A stretch of 64,000 nucleotides of DNA from an uncultured Spirochaetota bacterium (GTDB lineage Bacteria; Spirochaetota; UBA4802; UBA5550): assembly GCA_963827275.1 (NCBI GenBank), contig CAWHAA010000004.1, positions 640,001 to 704,000 of the forward strand. The letters run 5' to 3'. The notes under the pieces are model-generated. The model had not been told where the DNA came from and made no database searches. It saw only the letters and a program-made list of their open reading frames with translations. Within the stretch, counting starts at the first letter, position 1. Each line of letters starts with the position of its first letter. The position numbers and the translations under genes are program-made. Positions 9,808-20,266 of the stretch are shown here, piece after piece.

Positions 9808-10881
9808 ATGTACTACTTTTTCCCCGGGCTCATCGCGGGGGCGCTGGCGGCGCTCCTCCTGTTTTCCCCAACGGCCGGGACCGAGGTCTATCCCGAATGG
9901 TGGGGCGGCATAAAAGACATCTCCGCTCTTGCAACCTCGCCGGCGAAGGCGCGGGCGAACATCCGTTTCTTCGTCAGAGCGGACGACAGCGCTTACTTTT
10001 TGCTGAAAAGCAACGGCGAGGTGGCGGTTTCCGGCATAGTCGCGGAGGGGCTCGCCGCCTTCAGCGGGAACGGCGAGTATCTTGCGAAGTTCCAGAAGAT
10101 CGGGAGTGAAGTCGAGTATCTCAACGCGTCAGGGGACCGCTTCTGGAAGATAGAGTCTATGGAATATCCCTACCTCTCCCATGGCGGGAAATTGATCTTC
10201 CTCATGAACGGCGACCATACCGGGATACGGGTGGCTGATTATAACGGGAACATAAGCCAGACACGCATTGCCGGCCGCACCTGCACGGCGCTGGCCTTTT
10301 CCGATGTCGGTGATTTCGGGGGCGTGGGGTTTCTCGATGGCTCCTACTGCTTCGTCAGTCCCCGTGGAAAAATCATTCATCGCGGCAGGGCGCCGCAGGG
10401 GGCCATGGTGAAGGGGGTCGCGGTGGCCGGGAACGGGCTCTACGCGGCGGTCCATTACGGCACGGTCGGCAGGGACACTATCCGGCTGATCGATATTGAA
10501 TCCGGGGACCATGAGGAGGCGGATCTGGCGCATGTCCACATGGTCAAAACATCGCTCCACGTAGACGGCGAGGGCTACTGCATCATCATTGATGGTGACC
10601 GCGTCCTCCGTGTAGCGAAATCGGGGAGGATAAAGCTGGCCATGAGCGTCCCGCCGAAGCGTCACGGCCATTCGTCAATCACCCGCCGGGGCGGGGCCTG
10701 CGCCGTGACATATACGATGCAGAACGGCACGGCCCGGCTCATTCTCTTCAGGGACAACGGCACCGTTCTGCTGTCGAAAGAATTTCCCTCTGAATCGTTC
10801 CTCGATGCGTCACTCCGGGACGGCCTGCTGTTCCTGCGCGGGTCGGATTCCGTTTACTGCTATCGCATAGAAGAGCGTTAG
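9808..10881 (+). CDS. exported hypothetical protein, probable beta-propeller
   Basis: N-terminal hydrophobic segment; AFSGNG/AFSD.G/VAGNG blade-like motifs; coupled to the sigma gene. Confidence 0.6.
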   Translation: MYYFFPGLIAGALAALLLFSPTAGTEVYPEWWGGIKDISALATSPAKARANIRFFVRADDSAYFLLKSNGEVAVSGIVAEGLAAFSGNGEYLAKFQKIGSEVEYLNASGDRFWKIESMEYPYLSHGGKLIFLMNGDHTGIRVADYNGNISQTRIAGRTCTALAFSDVGDFGGVGFLDGSYCFVSPRGKIIHRGRAPQGAMVKGVAVAGNGLYAAVHYGTVGRDTIRLIDIESGDHEEADLAHVHMVKTSLHVDGEGYCIIIDGDRVLRVAKSGRIKLAMSVPPKRHGHSSITRRGGACAVTYTMQNGTARLILFRDNGTVLLSKEFPSESFLDASLRDGLLFLRGSDSVYCYRIEER

Positions 10882-10894
10882 GCGCCCTTCCTCC

Positions 10895-11239
10895 CTACAG
10901 CGCCACCATCATGAGGATGAATCCGGCCAGTGACACAATGCATGACGCAATCAGCGATATGCGGAAACGGTCGGTCTTACGCTTGTTCCTCGCCATGTTG
11001 ATGAAGATGCCCCAGACGCACAGCACGAAGTTCAGGAACAACAGCACCTTCGCGATGATGATCCCGTTTTCAAACCTGAGGAGGGAATTCCTGACGGAAC
11101 TATAACTGAGGTTTGTAGGGTTCGTCATCTGGAAGATGCTGAAGGCCACTATGATGATGATCCACGAAAGGACGCTGAAGGCGGTTATCATCTTTACCAT
11201 GGTGTCCGGTCCGCGCCGTCTGTTTTTAATTGCAGCCAT
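10895..11239 (-). CDS. small membrane protein (3 TM)
   Basis: GGAGG RBS; three hydrophobic segments. Confidence 0.7.
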   Translation of the reverse strand: MAAIKNRRRGPDTMVKMITAFSVLSWIIIIVAFSIFQMTNPTNLSYSSVRNSLLRFENGIIIAKVLLFLNFVLCVWGIFINMARNKRKTDRFRISLIASCIVSLAGFILMMVAL

Positions 11240-11428
11240 ACGCCCTCCATTAATGCAGCAATGACCGTGCCGTTAATGAAAGCTCTGTCCCGGTTGATGG
11301 TTATGCATGCATTGCTATACCGATTAATTACAGAAATGTAGTGTTCATGCGATACCTCAATCAGGGTATCCTGTATTGTAAATTTTCAATCATAAAAACA
11401 TGTTCGTGCTGGAATTTTTATATATGGG

Positions 11429-11611
11429 CGATAGTTATCGGTAACAATCCGGCGTCAGGGCAGGATTGGGCGATAGTTATCGGTATTCACGGGGGTCAGA
11501 GCAACTTCCGGACCGATAGTTATCGGTAACTTCCGGGGGTCAGAGCCCCATCAAACCGATAGTTATCGGTAAAAAGATGGTGTCAGAGTAAGATTAACTG
11601 ATAGTTATCGG
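11429..11611. repeat. five-unit array with 42-43 bp period and two conserved boxes separated by variable segments
   Basis: Box A (C)GATAGTTATCGG(TA) at 11429, 11471, 11514, 11557 and 11599. Box B GTCAG(A/G)G at 11454, 11495, 11539 and 11582. Confidence 0.9.
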
Positions 11612-11624
11612 CAGATGGAGGATA

Positions 11625-12512
11625 TCATTTCGCCCAGTCCGTACCGGACAGCAGAAACCCCGTGTCCCCGAAGTCGAGCCCGCCGGCGGAAAGGATCTCC
11701 ATCACCGTACCGAGCCGTTCCATGAAAACAATATGCCCTCGCTTTTTGGCTCCATCCAGCAATACCTGCCCCTTTTTCAGCGCTGCGGCAACCGCCTTTT
11801 CGCGGTAATCGGGATCGATCGACGAGCCGTGCCGGGAGAGCAGGCTGAATATAGAATATACCCTGAAACGGTCCATTCCCCGGTACTTCGCCGAGAGCTG
11901 GTCGGGGTGACCGCCGTGCCGTATCACCAGGCGTTCAGGCAGGAACCCTGTCCATTCGTCTTTGGTTATCCTGAGCCAGAGATCATAGTCCTCGCAGGCC
12001 GGCAGGTCTTCGTCGAAGGGGCCGTACCGGTCGAAGCATTCGCGCGACAGGACGACGGCCGAGGGGCTGATGAGGCAGAGTTCGAGGGAGTCGATGAAGA
12101 TATGTCCTTCCCGCTTCAGGTGGCGCGCTCCCGGGTTCACCGGCCTGCCGTTCCGTATCCACCGCTCGTCAGTCTGGTGGATCATCACCCCGGGGTGGTC
12201 GCGGATGTAGTCCGCCTGCCGCGCGAGCTTTTCCGGCAGCCACAGGTCATCGGAATCAAGGAAGGCGATCCACGCGCCGGAGGAGGACTTCACTCCCGCG
12301 TTCCGGGCTGCGCTCACTCCCTGGTTCTCCTGCCGGAGGTACTTCAATTTCTTTTCATATTCGTGCTCGATGGCTGCGGTGGCATCGGACGACCCGTCAT
12401 CTACTACAATGAGCTCGTAGTCGGTACAAACCTGTCCCAGCACGGACGCGATGGCTTCCCTGACGGGACCGCTCCTGTTGTACGTCGGTATTATTGCAGA
12501 GAAGAGGGGCAT
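11625..12512 (-). CDS. glycosyltransferase family 2
   Basis: SAIIPTYNR, VVDDGSSD, NQGVSAARNAG, AFLDSDD, EDYDLWLR. Confidence 0.93.
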   Translation of the reverse strand: MPLFSAIIPTYNRSGPVREAIASVLGQVCTDYELIVVDDGSSDATAAIEHEYEKKLKYLRQENQGVSAARNAGVKSSSGAWIAFLDSDDLWLPEKLARQADYIRDHPGVMIHQTDERWIRNGRPVNPGARHLKREGHIFIDSLELCLISPSAVVLSRECFDRYGPFDEDLPACEDYDLWLRITKDEWTGFLPERLVIRHGGHPDQLSAKYRGMDRFRVYSIFSLLSRHGSSIDPDYREKAVAAALKKGQVLLDGAKKRGHIVFMERLGTVMEILSAGGLDFGDTGFLLSGTDWAK

Positions 12513-12620
12513 GGCGTGGCTATAATGATTTTAGTTTACTGCCAATACACTGGGGGCCGCGCCCGTGCCGCGTCAAGCCTATTATGCAGGCGCCGGCATC
12601 GTGGCGCAGGTATCGTCGTG

Positions 12621-13112
12621 TCATGCCGGATCAATCGGGCCGGGGGCGCCCGCCCGGGTTTTCAGAATTTCAGCCGCGTCGAGGAGGGACCGGGCGACTT
12701 TATAATGACCGATGCAGTGGCAGAGGTGGTGCGCGATGGCATAGCGGGCGTCTTTTTCGGTCGGTTCGGGATTCTTTTCAAGAAACAGCCTTGCCTTCAT
12801 CATTACTTCCGGGACACAGTAGTGGCATTCGGGGGTCCCCCGTTTCCTGAGGGCCATCGAAAAGATGTCCTGTATCAGCTGGCCTGTCTCGCCGGAGGTT
12901 TCGACCAGCGCGTCCGCGACCCTGGCCATGGGGGTACGGCACGAAAGCATGGCCTTGCCGTCGACCTCTACCGTACAGGCGCCGCACCGGCCGCCGCCTG
13001 CGCACCCGACTTCCGTCACCGTAAGGCCCGCCACGTTCTTGATGTAGTCGAACAGCGTCATCGCCGGGTCGCCGGTGTATTCCGTCTCTTTGCCATTGAG
13101 TATAAATTGCAT
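12621..13112 (-). CDS. [2Fe-2S] small subunit of the xanthine/CO/aldehyde dehydrogenase (CoxS/XdhC) family
   Basis: F.LNG N-terminus; GC...G.CGACTV.VDG...SC; second cluster CxxC...LCxC.G. Confidence 0.8.
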   Translation of the reverse strand: MQFILNGKETEYTGDPAMTLFDYIKNVAGLTVTEVGCAGGGRCGACTVEVDGKAMLSCRTPMARVADALVETSGETGQLIQDIFSMALRKRGTPECHYCVPEVMMKARLFLEKNPEPTEKDARYAIAHHLCHCIGHYKVARSLLDAAEILKTRAGAPGPIDPA

Positions 13113-13366
13113 CAACCCTTGCCTTGCCATGCGCAATGCGGGGCATGCCGCACGTCGCTGTGAAAACGATGTGTATGTTTTATGAAAACATGGCGAAATT
13201 TTATATGATTCGTCATTTTTGTCTTATACTCAATTGATTTTTTGCGGTTATTCTTGATATTGTATAAGTTTGGATGTTACTGTTACAGCCTGTCGTTGGG
13301 CATTGTGGGCTTTACAATGGGGGTGGATATGCAGCCCTATGGAGCTGTTTCCGGCGGTCATAAAGA

Positions 13367-13395
13367 AAGGGCCGCTTTTATAAAAAGCGGCCCTT
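13367..13395. terminator. hairpin, probable terminator of tRNA-Ala
   Basis: AAGGGCCGCTTTT-ATA-AAAAGCGGCCCTT directly 3' of the tRNA. Confidence 0.65.
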
Positions 13396-13400
13396 AACTG

Positions 13401-13474
<74 letters not shown>

Positions 13475-13557
13475 GCGTGAGTCTTCAAGGTTAATTTAGT
13501 GAAACAGGTCAAAATCTGTCAATACAATTGTTCAAAAACAACACCGGTCAGGGCCGG

Positions 13558-13986
13558 TCAATCCTTTTTCTGGAGCTCTATCGATATGCTTACCTTGTTC
13601 AGGCCAGCCTGCTTGGCCGCGTCGAGCACCTTCACGAAATAATCGACCGATGCGCGTTTGTCCGCCTTCACGATGACCCCGTTTTTCTGCGCGTCCTTCG
13701 AAAATTTAAGGAGTTCGGATCGGAGGGCCTGCTCTGACACCCTGTTGTTGGCGATATAAATCTCGTTCTTTTCGTTCACGCTGACGACGAGCGGGTTTTC
13801 GCCCTTGATTTTTGTCACGGTCATGCCTTTCGGCAGGTTCACCTTGATCTTCGATTCCTGCCTGGGGTTGAAGGTATAGAGCAGGCTGAAGGTGATGAAA
13901 AAGAAGACGAACATGTTCATGATGATGTCCGTCATGGCAACGGACTCGAGCGTCAGGAATTGCTTGTTGGTGGTCCTGATCTTCAT
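13558..13986 (-). CDS. exbD: ExbD/TolR biopolymer transport protein
   Basis: MTDII..FF.TF TM motif, V.LP, IVKADKRA; ATGA overlap with exbB. Confidence 0.85.
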   Translation of the reverse strand: MKIRTTNKQFLTLESVAMTDIIMNMFVFFFITFSLLYTFNPRQESKIKVNLPKGMTVTKIKGENPLVVSVNEKNEIYIANNRVSEQALRSELLKFSKDAQKNGVIVKADKRASVDYFVKVLDAAKQAGLNKVSISIELQKKD

Positions 13987-14622
13987 CTCTTTTTCCTGCC
14001 GCCGGCGGCTTTCAGCAGTGCGGACCAGCTCTTCGCCGTAATGGTTGAGGTCGCGGGCCACGTCGTTTATCCGGCCGATGATAGAGGCTGTAGATGATAT
14101 AATAGGGGATCGCCACGATGAGGCCGGCCGCGGTGGTGATCATCGCCTGGTAGATGCCGCCGGCCAGGCTTTCCACGGTGACGGAGGCGCCCGCCGCCTC
14201 CCACGCCATGAAGGCCCGTATCAGGCCTATGATCGTGCCGAGGAAGCCGAGCATCGGCTCCACGCCGACGATCACCAGGAATATATGCATGTGCTTTTCA
14301 AGGCGGGCCACCTCGTCGTTGCCGACGTGCTCCATGGCGCGCTCTATCTCGATCGTGTCCTCTCCCCTGTGGGTGAGGCCCGCCGCGAACACCCTCCCGA
14401 TCGGGTGGGCAGTCCTGCCGCAGGCGCTCGATGGCCGGGTCGAAGTGGCCCTTCTCAACCAGGGAAAAGATTTCGTCCGCGAACTTCCTGCATATCGAGC
14501 CGTATTTTCCAGAGCAGCATTCCCCGCTCGACAGTGAGGCCGAGGGCGATTATCGATCCCAGGAGGATGGGGATCATGACCCATCCGCCCTTGAAAACCA
14601 GTGAATCGGTCAGTATGTCCAT
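13983..14622 (-). CDS. exbB: ExbB/TolQ/MotA proton channel protein (several frameshifts)
   Basis: GGWVMIPI...LTVER N-terminus from ATG 14622; PMLGFLGTIIGLIRAF and LAGGIYQAMITTAAGLIVAIP lie in another frame. Confidence 0.85.
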
Positions 14623-14849
14623 TATAACTCCTCGCGCGTATCTATTCTACAGAGGCCAGGGAACTGAATTTGTTGCACAAAATTTCGGTATGACGGGAAA
14701 TCGGCTCATCATCCGCATTGTTTCAAAAACGTCAAATAATTAATTGGGCAAGGCGCTCTTAAAAAGTACTTGTCAGGTCGTCGGCCGGAGGCATAGCATT
14801 GGAGACGCCCGGGGGCCGGGCGTCACGTATCGATACGCGGGGTGCATGC

Positions 14850-15937
14850 ATGGAACGGCAGAGAAAATCAACGCGGCAGGTGAGGGCGGGGTCTCTCGCG
14901 ATAGGCGGGGGAGCGCCGGTGTCCATCCAGTCCATGACCAACATTCCCATCGAGCGGACGGAAGAGACGATCGCGCAGATCAAACGCCTTGCGGAGCGGG
15001 GCGCCGAGCTCGTGCGGGTGGCCCTGCGCAGCGTGGAGTCGGCGGAACACCTGAAGAAAATAGTTCCCGCGGTGCCGGTGCCGCTGTGCGCTGACGTGCA
15101 CTTTGATTACCGGATCGCGGTGGCGGCGATTGACGCCGGCGCGGGCAAGGTGCGGATCAATCCCGGCAACATCGGCGACCCGAAGGGCGTGCGCGAGGTG
15201 ATACGCGCGGCGCGGGACCGCGGCGTGCCGATCCGCATCGGCGTGAACAGCGGCTCTGTGGACCGGCGGAAGTTCCCCGACGTCACGCCGGAGGCCTGGT
15301 CGCCTCCGCGATGGAGCACGTGCGGATCCTCGAGGACAATAATTTCACCGACATCGTGGTCTCCATAAAGTCGTCGGACATCCGCCACACCATCGCGGCG
15401 AACGAGCTTTTCGCTTCGGAGCGGGACTACCCGCTCCACGTCGGGCTCACCGAGGCCGGGTACGGGCGTGTCCTGCGCGTGCAGAGCTCGGTGGCGATCG
15501 GCCACCTCCTTCTCGAGGGGATCGGCGACACCATCCGCGTGTCCATGACCGGCGACCCGGTGGAGGAGATCCCGGTGGCGCGGAAGATCCTCGAGGCCGC
15601 GGGCGAACGAACGGCGTGGGTCCGCATCGTGTCGTGCCCCACCTGCGGCCGCACCGACCCCGCGCTCGACATCCTCGCCCTGGCCAGGGAGGTGGACGAG
15701 GCGGTGACGACGCGCTTCGAGGACGCCATGCGGGAGAAGGGGCGCTCCCTGCACGTGGCGGTGATGGGCTGCGAGGTGAACGGCCCGGGCGAGGCGAAGG
15801 ACGCGGACGCGGGCCTTGCGGGCGTCCGCGACGGGAGGTTGCTCCTCTTCGCAAAGGGCGAGAAGGTGCGGGTCGTGGAACAGCGCGAGGCGGTGCGGGC
15901 GCTCGTTGAAGAGATCGGGAAGATAACCGGCGCGTGA
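14850..15937 (+). CDS. ispG: (E)-4-hydroxy-3-methylbut-2-enyl-diphosphate synthase (frameshift near 15300)
   Basis: SIQSMTN, ADVHFDY, RINPGNIG, IRIGVNSGS, YPLHVGLTEAG, GIGDTIRVS, SCPTCGRT, VMGCEVNGPGEA. Confidence 0.95.
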
Positions 15938-16033
15938 GCCTGGCATGGACTAATGAATAAAAAACGCGTAAAAAGCGGGAGCCGTTTACGCGTTATTGTT
16001 GTCAGACAGAAAGAAATCCAATCTATGTTTGTT

Positions 16034-16519
16034 TTATTTCCTGTCCCTTCCCGATCTCATCCCTCTCTTGCAGAATTCTTCATTTGTCAGAAATCCGTCT
16101 TTATCGGCATCGCGTAACTTGAACATCTCCTCCGGATTGCCGCGCGGATGCCTGCCGTTTTTAAATTCAGCAAGGCTGACCTTGCCGTCCTTGTCCGTAT
16201 CCAGGGACTTGAAATGGCCACCGCAGTCGCCCATGGGCCCTTCATGCCTCTTCCCTCTCTCACAGAATTCTTCCACTGTCAACGAGCCGTCGCTGTTGGC
16301 GTCCCGCATTTTGAAAATGTCCTTCGCGTTGCCGCGCGGATGCCTGACGGCGGAAAATTCTTCAAGTGTCACGCCGCCGTCCTTGTTCGCATCCAGCGAC
16401 TTGAAGTGGTCCTCGCATTTCATCATCGGCGCGTGCCTTCTTTGGGCGAATGCGTCGCTCATGCCGATAATTACCGCACAAGACAGGGCTGCTCCAAGAA
16501 ATACTAAAAATTTTCTCAT
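16034..16519 (-). CDS. secreted EF-hand calcium-binding protein
   Basis: Signal peptide; four DxxxDG...EF loops in two internally duplicated halves; GGAGG RBS. Confidence 0.85.
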   Translation of the reverse strand: MRKFLVFLGAALSCAVIIGMSDAFAQRRHAPMMKCEDHFKSLDANKDGGVTLEEFSAVRHPRGNAKDIFKMRDANSDGSLTVEEFCERGKRHEGPMGDCGGHFKSLDTDKDGKVSLAEFKNGRHPRGNPEEMFKLRDADKDGFLTNEEFCKRGMRSGRDRK

Positions 16520-16720
16520 GCCAATACCTCCTGCTTTTTTATGCTGGTTCCAGAACCGATCGTGTATCGTATAATTTGAGATGATCGCGCATGCCGATAA
16601 AAATTCAATAACAAAATTTTTTATTTTATAATTATAAAGAGCAAGGGGCTTTCTTGTCCGGTATGTGCCAATGGGGCAGGATGGGGTGTTTCCGGCAATT
16701 GTTCTTGTAGGGGAAACCTT

Positions 16721-16793
<73 letters not shown>

Positions 16794-17133
16794 GGTCAAA
16801 ACTGCGGCTAAAATTTATTGAAACATCACATTTATAATATGCTTCATTGTCAAGGATTTTGTTTCTTTTTTTATTAAAAGGATTGATTCATAATCATGCC
16901 GCGTATCACCGGTAAAATGATCTACTGATGGTCCTGGTGACACGCGCTGGAAAGCGTGAGGTAGAAGCTCTTGTATCCGGGTCCGGATTCAGGGATCAGT
17001 GCTCCGCTCCGGACAGTGCTCCACTGTGCGCACGAATATGCCGACCGTGCGGAGATTCTTCCCGGGGTATACAGGGAGTACGGGCAGGGAAAATAATTGC
17101 ACGCATGGAGCTGCCGCTGCGGGGAGGTCGCGG

Positions 17134-18078
17134 CTAATTTTTCAGGAGGATGCCCGGGTGCACCGGCATCCTGCCGCGCCGCACTTCGAAATGAAGGTGG
17201 GGGCCGGTGGTCCGCCCGGTATTACCGGAAAGGGCGATCGCGGCTCCCCGCTTCACTGTCTCGCCGGGCTTCACCAGCGGCCGCGCCAGGTGGCCATAAT
17301 AGCTCCGGTACCCGCATTCGTGCTCAAGCACCACCAGGTTCCCGTACCCGCCCTGGTACCCGGTAAAAACCACTTTCCCGTCGCGCGCCGCAAGTATCTC
17401 CGAGCCGCGCGGGCAGGCGACATCGACACCCGAATGGAACTCGACGTAGCGGTGGTTGAACGGGCTGCGCCGCATCCCGAAGCTCGACGTGAGACGTGGC
17501 CCCCGCTTCGGGGGCAGGGGATAGAGAAAGCCGGTCCCGAGGAAGAGCGATCGCTCCAGATTGGATATCTTCCCGCCCGGGACAAAGATATACTCTTTAC
17601 TGAAGTCACTGCACCTGTTGGCGCGGTGCACGTATTCAGGGCGGATCTGGTTTTTCCTGAGCATTTCTGTTATCTCTCCCGATGCGTCTCCCTTCATCAC
17701 GACGCCGCGCATGTTCGGGATGAATATCTTTCTCCCCGGAACAATATCGCGGGGGGTGGAGAATTTATTCACCGAGAGAAGCGTGTCGATGTCCTGCGAA
17801 GAACGGGCCAGTATCGTCCAGAACGTGTCGTCCTTTTTGATCCGATAGGAATAGAATGTAAGCTCCGGCAGTTCACGCTCGGGACGCCTGCTCTTGATCA
17901 CGTAGATGCTTTTCCTGATGTCGTTTCGCAGGGTTTTCACTGCCGCATTGGTATATGGATTCAGGTTCTTCAATTCCTGCACTGATGTGATGCCGGCAAC
18001 CGCAATGCCGTGGCAGAGCAGGAACAGAAGCGGTATATATGGTGCTGTTTTTTTCATTTCGGCCTGTCTTTTTCGCAA
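17134..18078 (-). CDS. LysM / M23 family metallopeptidase
   Basis: YRIKKDDTFW LysM; HSGVD, YGHL, GRTTGPHLHFEV. Confidence 0.92.
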   Translation of the reverse strand: MRKRQAEMKKTAPYIPLLFLLCHGIAVAGITSVQELKNLNPYTNAAVKTLRNDIRKSIYVIKSRRPERELPELTFYSYRIKKDDTFWTILARSSQDIDTLLSVNKFSTPRDIVPGRKIFIPNMRGVVMKGDASGEITEMLRKNQIRPEYVHRANRCSDFSKEYIFVPGGKISNLERSLFLGTGFLYPLPPKRGPRLTSSFGMRRSPFNHRYVEFHSGVDVACPRGSEILAARDGKVVFTGYQGGYGNLVVLEHECGYRSYYGHLARPLVKPGETVKRGAAIALSGNTGRTTGPHLHFEVRRGRMPVHPGILLKN

Positions 18079-18225
18079 TGGCGTACACTACATTTTCGGA
18101 ATACCATGCCGTCCGGTTTAGGAGAATATTCTGCGGGACATAATATTAATTCAGTGTGATATTATTATTGACAATGGAAATTGCAGGTAGTTATAGTGAC
18201 GCAAATGTCCATGTAAGAGGTACGT

Positions 18226-18657
18226 ATGGCTATTGCAAAGGGTAGCGGCGATATTGCGAATAACGTGATCGGTGAAAACTCTTATTTCACCGGAACATTC
18301 CTCATAAACGGCTCACTCCGGATCGACGGCAGGTTCGAAGGAAAATATCTTCAGGCTGAGCAGCTCTATATCGGCGCAACCGGCAAGATCCGCACCAATA
18401 TCAACGCGGTGTCGGTCATCGTGGAAGGCCTCGTCATAGGGAACATCAACGCCTCCAGCAGGGTGCTCCTCATGCCTACGGCGAAGATCCTTGGCGACAT
18501 CAAGACGCCGGAGCTCATCATACAGAACGGCGTCATCCTCGAAGGGCGCTGCACCATCGCGAACGACCTTCGCTCATCCGCGAAAGACCTCATCGGGGCC
18601 GATTACGAGAAGAACAAGATAATCCCCGAGGAGTTTCTTGCGAAGAAGAGCTCTTAA
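18226..18657 (+). CDS. bactofilin (polymer-forming cytoskeletal protein)
   Basis: NVIG...F.G...GSLRIDG.FEG...V.V.G.V.GNI...G.I.TP...I.NG..LEG beta-helix pattern. Confidence 0.9.
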   Translation: MAIAKGSGDIANNVIGENSYFTGTFLINGSLRIDGRFEGKYLQAEQLYIGATGKIRTNINAVSVIVEGLVIGNINASSRVLLMPTAKILGDIKTPELIIQNGVILEGRCTIANDLRSSAKDLIGADYEKNKIIPEEFLAKKSS

Positions 18658-19624
18658 CCTCGGCATCACCATGGGCGACCCGGCCGGGATCGGACCGGAG
18701 GTCGCGCTCAAGGCAATCAACGCGCTCAATGACGAATCCGTCATCCCGGTCCTTATCGGTCGCAGGGTCGTTCTTGAAAAAAACCATTCCGATCTTTTTT
18801 CAGATTATGCCGTGGTGCGCCATGGAGCGCCCCTGTGCCATGGAAAAAAATACTTTCATGATGTTCCGCTTGATCTGCCGGTGCCCGTCCCCGGGGCAGG
18901 GAGCACCGATACCGGGCGGGAGGCGCTTGCCTGCATCGACGCGGCGATCGCGTTATGGACAGCGGGAGCCATAGACGCGGTGGTCACCGGGCCGGTCAGC
19001 AAGGCCCTCATCGAAAGGTCGGGCGTGCATTTTACGGGTCACACGGAATATCTCGCGGAAAAGACCGGCGCGGGGGAGCCGCTCATGATGATGTTTTCCG
19101 AGAAATACCGCGTGCTCCTCGCGTCCACGCACGTGCCGGTATCGGACATCATGCGTTACGTGGACCGGGAGCGTCTCCTTGCGGTGATGCGGGCGGGACA
19201 CGGGGCGATGCGGTCGATCGACGGCGGCACCGTGAAGCTGGCAATCACCGGGCTTGACCCGCATTGCGGCGACGATGGCGCGATCGGCGGCTTCGACCGG
19301 GACGTCACCGCCGGGGCGGTCGCGGCGGCACGCGCCGAAGGCATCCCGATCGAGGGGCCTTTCGCGGCTGACACCCTTTTCATCCCTTCGACATGGGAGC
19401 GGTATAACCTGGTGATAGCCCACTACCATGACCAGGGCCTTATCCCTTTCAAGATGCTCGCGTTCGACAGGGGCGTGAACGTGACCCTGGGCCTTCCGCT
19501 GGTGCGCACTTCGGTCGACCATGGCACGGCCTTCGATATCGCCGGGAAAAACATCGCGGGCTGGAGCAGCATGACGGAGGCAATAGTGCTGGCGAAGCGT
19601 CTCGCAGAAAAAAATGATCGTTAG
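18638..19624 (+). CDS. pdxA: 4-hydroxythreonine-4-phosphate dehydrogenase
   Basis: ITMGDPAGIGPEV, GHTEYL, YHDQGLIP, RTSVDHGTAFDIAG. Confidence 0.95.
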   Translation: MRRRALNLGITMGDPAGIGPEVALKAINALNDESVIPVLIGRRVVLEKNHSDLFSDYAVVRHGAPLCHGKKYFHDVPLDLPVPVPGAGSTDTGREALACIDAAIALWTAGAIDAVVTGPVSKALIERSGVHFTGHTEYLAEKTGAGEPLMMMFSEKYRVLLASTHVPVSDIMRYVDRERLLAVMRAGHGAMRSIDGGTVKLAITGLDPHCGDDGAIGGFDRDVTAGAVAAARAEGIPIEGPFAADTLFIPSTWERYNLVIAHYHDQGLIPFKMLAFDRGVNVTLGLPLVRTSVDHGTAFDIAGKNIAGWSSMTEAIVLAKRLAEKNDR

Positions 19625-19653
19625 GCGCACGCCGCGGCACCGTGGCCGCCCGG

Positions 19654-20061
19654 TTACAGGTGTGCCATGGTTTCCGATAGTGTGCGGGAAAAATTCCCGA
19701 GTATCGCGTCCTTGCCGGTCCCATGCCCGGAGATAAACAGCGCTTTGCCGAGCTTGCCTTTTTTCTTCAGCTTGACGAGTGCGTTGATTTTTCCTTCCCC
19801 CGCGGTTTCCCTCACCTCGTCGTTGCCGCCGTAGGAGAGCTTTTCAACGCCCAGGGAATAGTAGTAGATGACGATTTCAATCCCGTCATATCGGCGGGTG
19901 GATAGGCGTTCGGGCAGGGCGGCGCGGATTTCCCGCTCTTCCAGGGCGATTCCCGGGGGTATAGTTATCGTTACCCCGCCGGCAGTGGCCAGGAACAAAG
20001 CTGTAAATAGCGCAAGCAGGGGAGGCATGCCTTCTCCTTGATAAAGACGATAACTATACAC
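19654..20061 (-). CDS. hypothetical exported protein
   Basis: ORF with signal-like segment; true start probably MPPLLAL. Confidence 0.5.
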   Translation of the reverse strand: MYSYRLYQGEGMPPLLALFTALFLATAGGVTITIPPGIALEEREIRAALPERLSTRRYDGIEIVIYYYSLGVEKLSYGGNDEVRETAGEGKINALVKLKKKGKLGKALFISGHGTGKDAILGNFSRTLSETMAHL

Positions 20062-20266
20062 TGCATTGTTTCACAGGTTACTTCTGGAATTCGATATTGT
20101 AAATACTTTAATTGCAGTTGGAGGCGAAATATTTGAGGAAAACATCAATTTATTCTTCTTTATTAATGTAACTGATTTATAATCATGTATAATCAATTAT
20201 ATTCCGAAAAATATAGCAGGAAAAGGACTGCTATAGTTATCGAAAAAAGATGTACGAGGAAACAAT

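Noticed and set aside
11429..11611. canonical CRISPR array or peptide-coding repeat (ORF 11341-11529)
   Set aside because: The repeat is only about 15 nt, with a second conserved box inside each 'spacer'. The 42/43-bp period breaks the reading frame.
11733..13163. 476-aa plus-strand ORF
   Set aside because: Antisense shadow of the GT2 and 2Fe-2S genes in GC-rich DNA.
13558..14061. ExbB-ExbD fusion or extended ExbD
   Set aside because: The extension is the frameshifted ExbB tail; an ATGA overlap marks the real exbD start at 13986.
20060..20260. replication origin in the AT-rich gap
   Set aside because: No TTATCCACA DnaA boxes seen and no dnaA/dnaN/gidA context.
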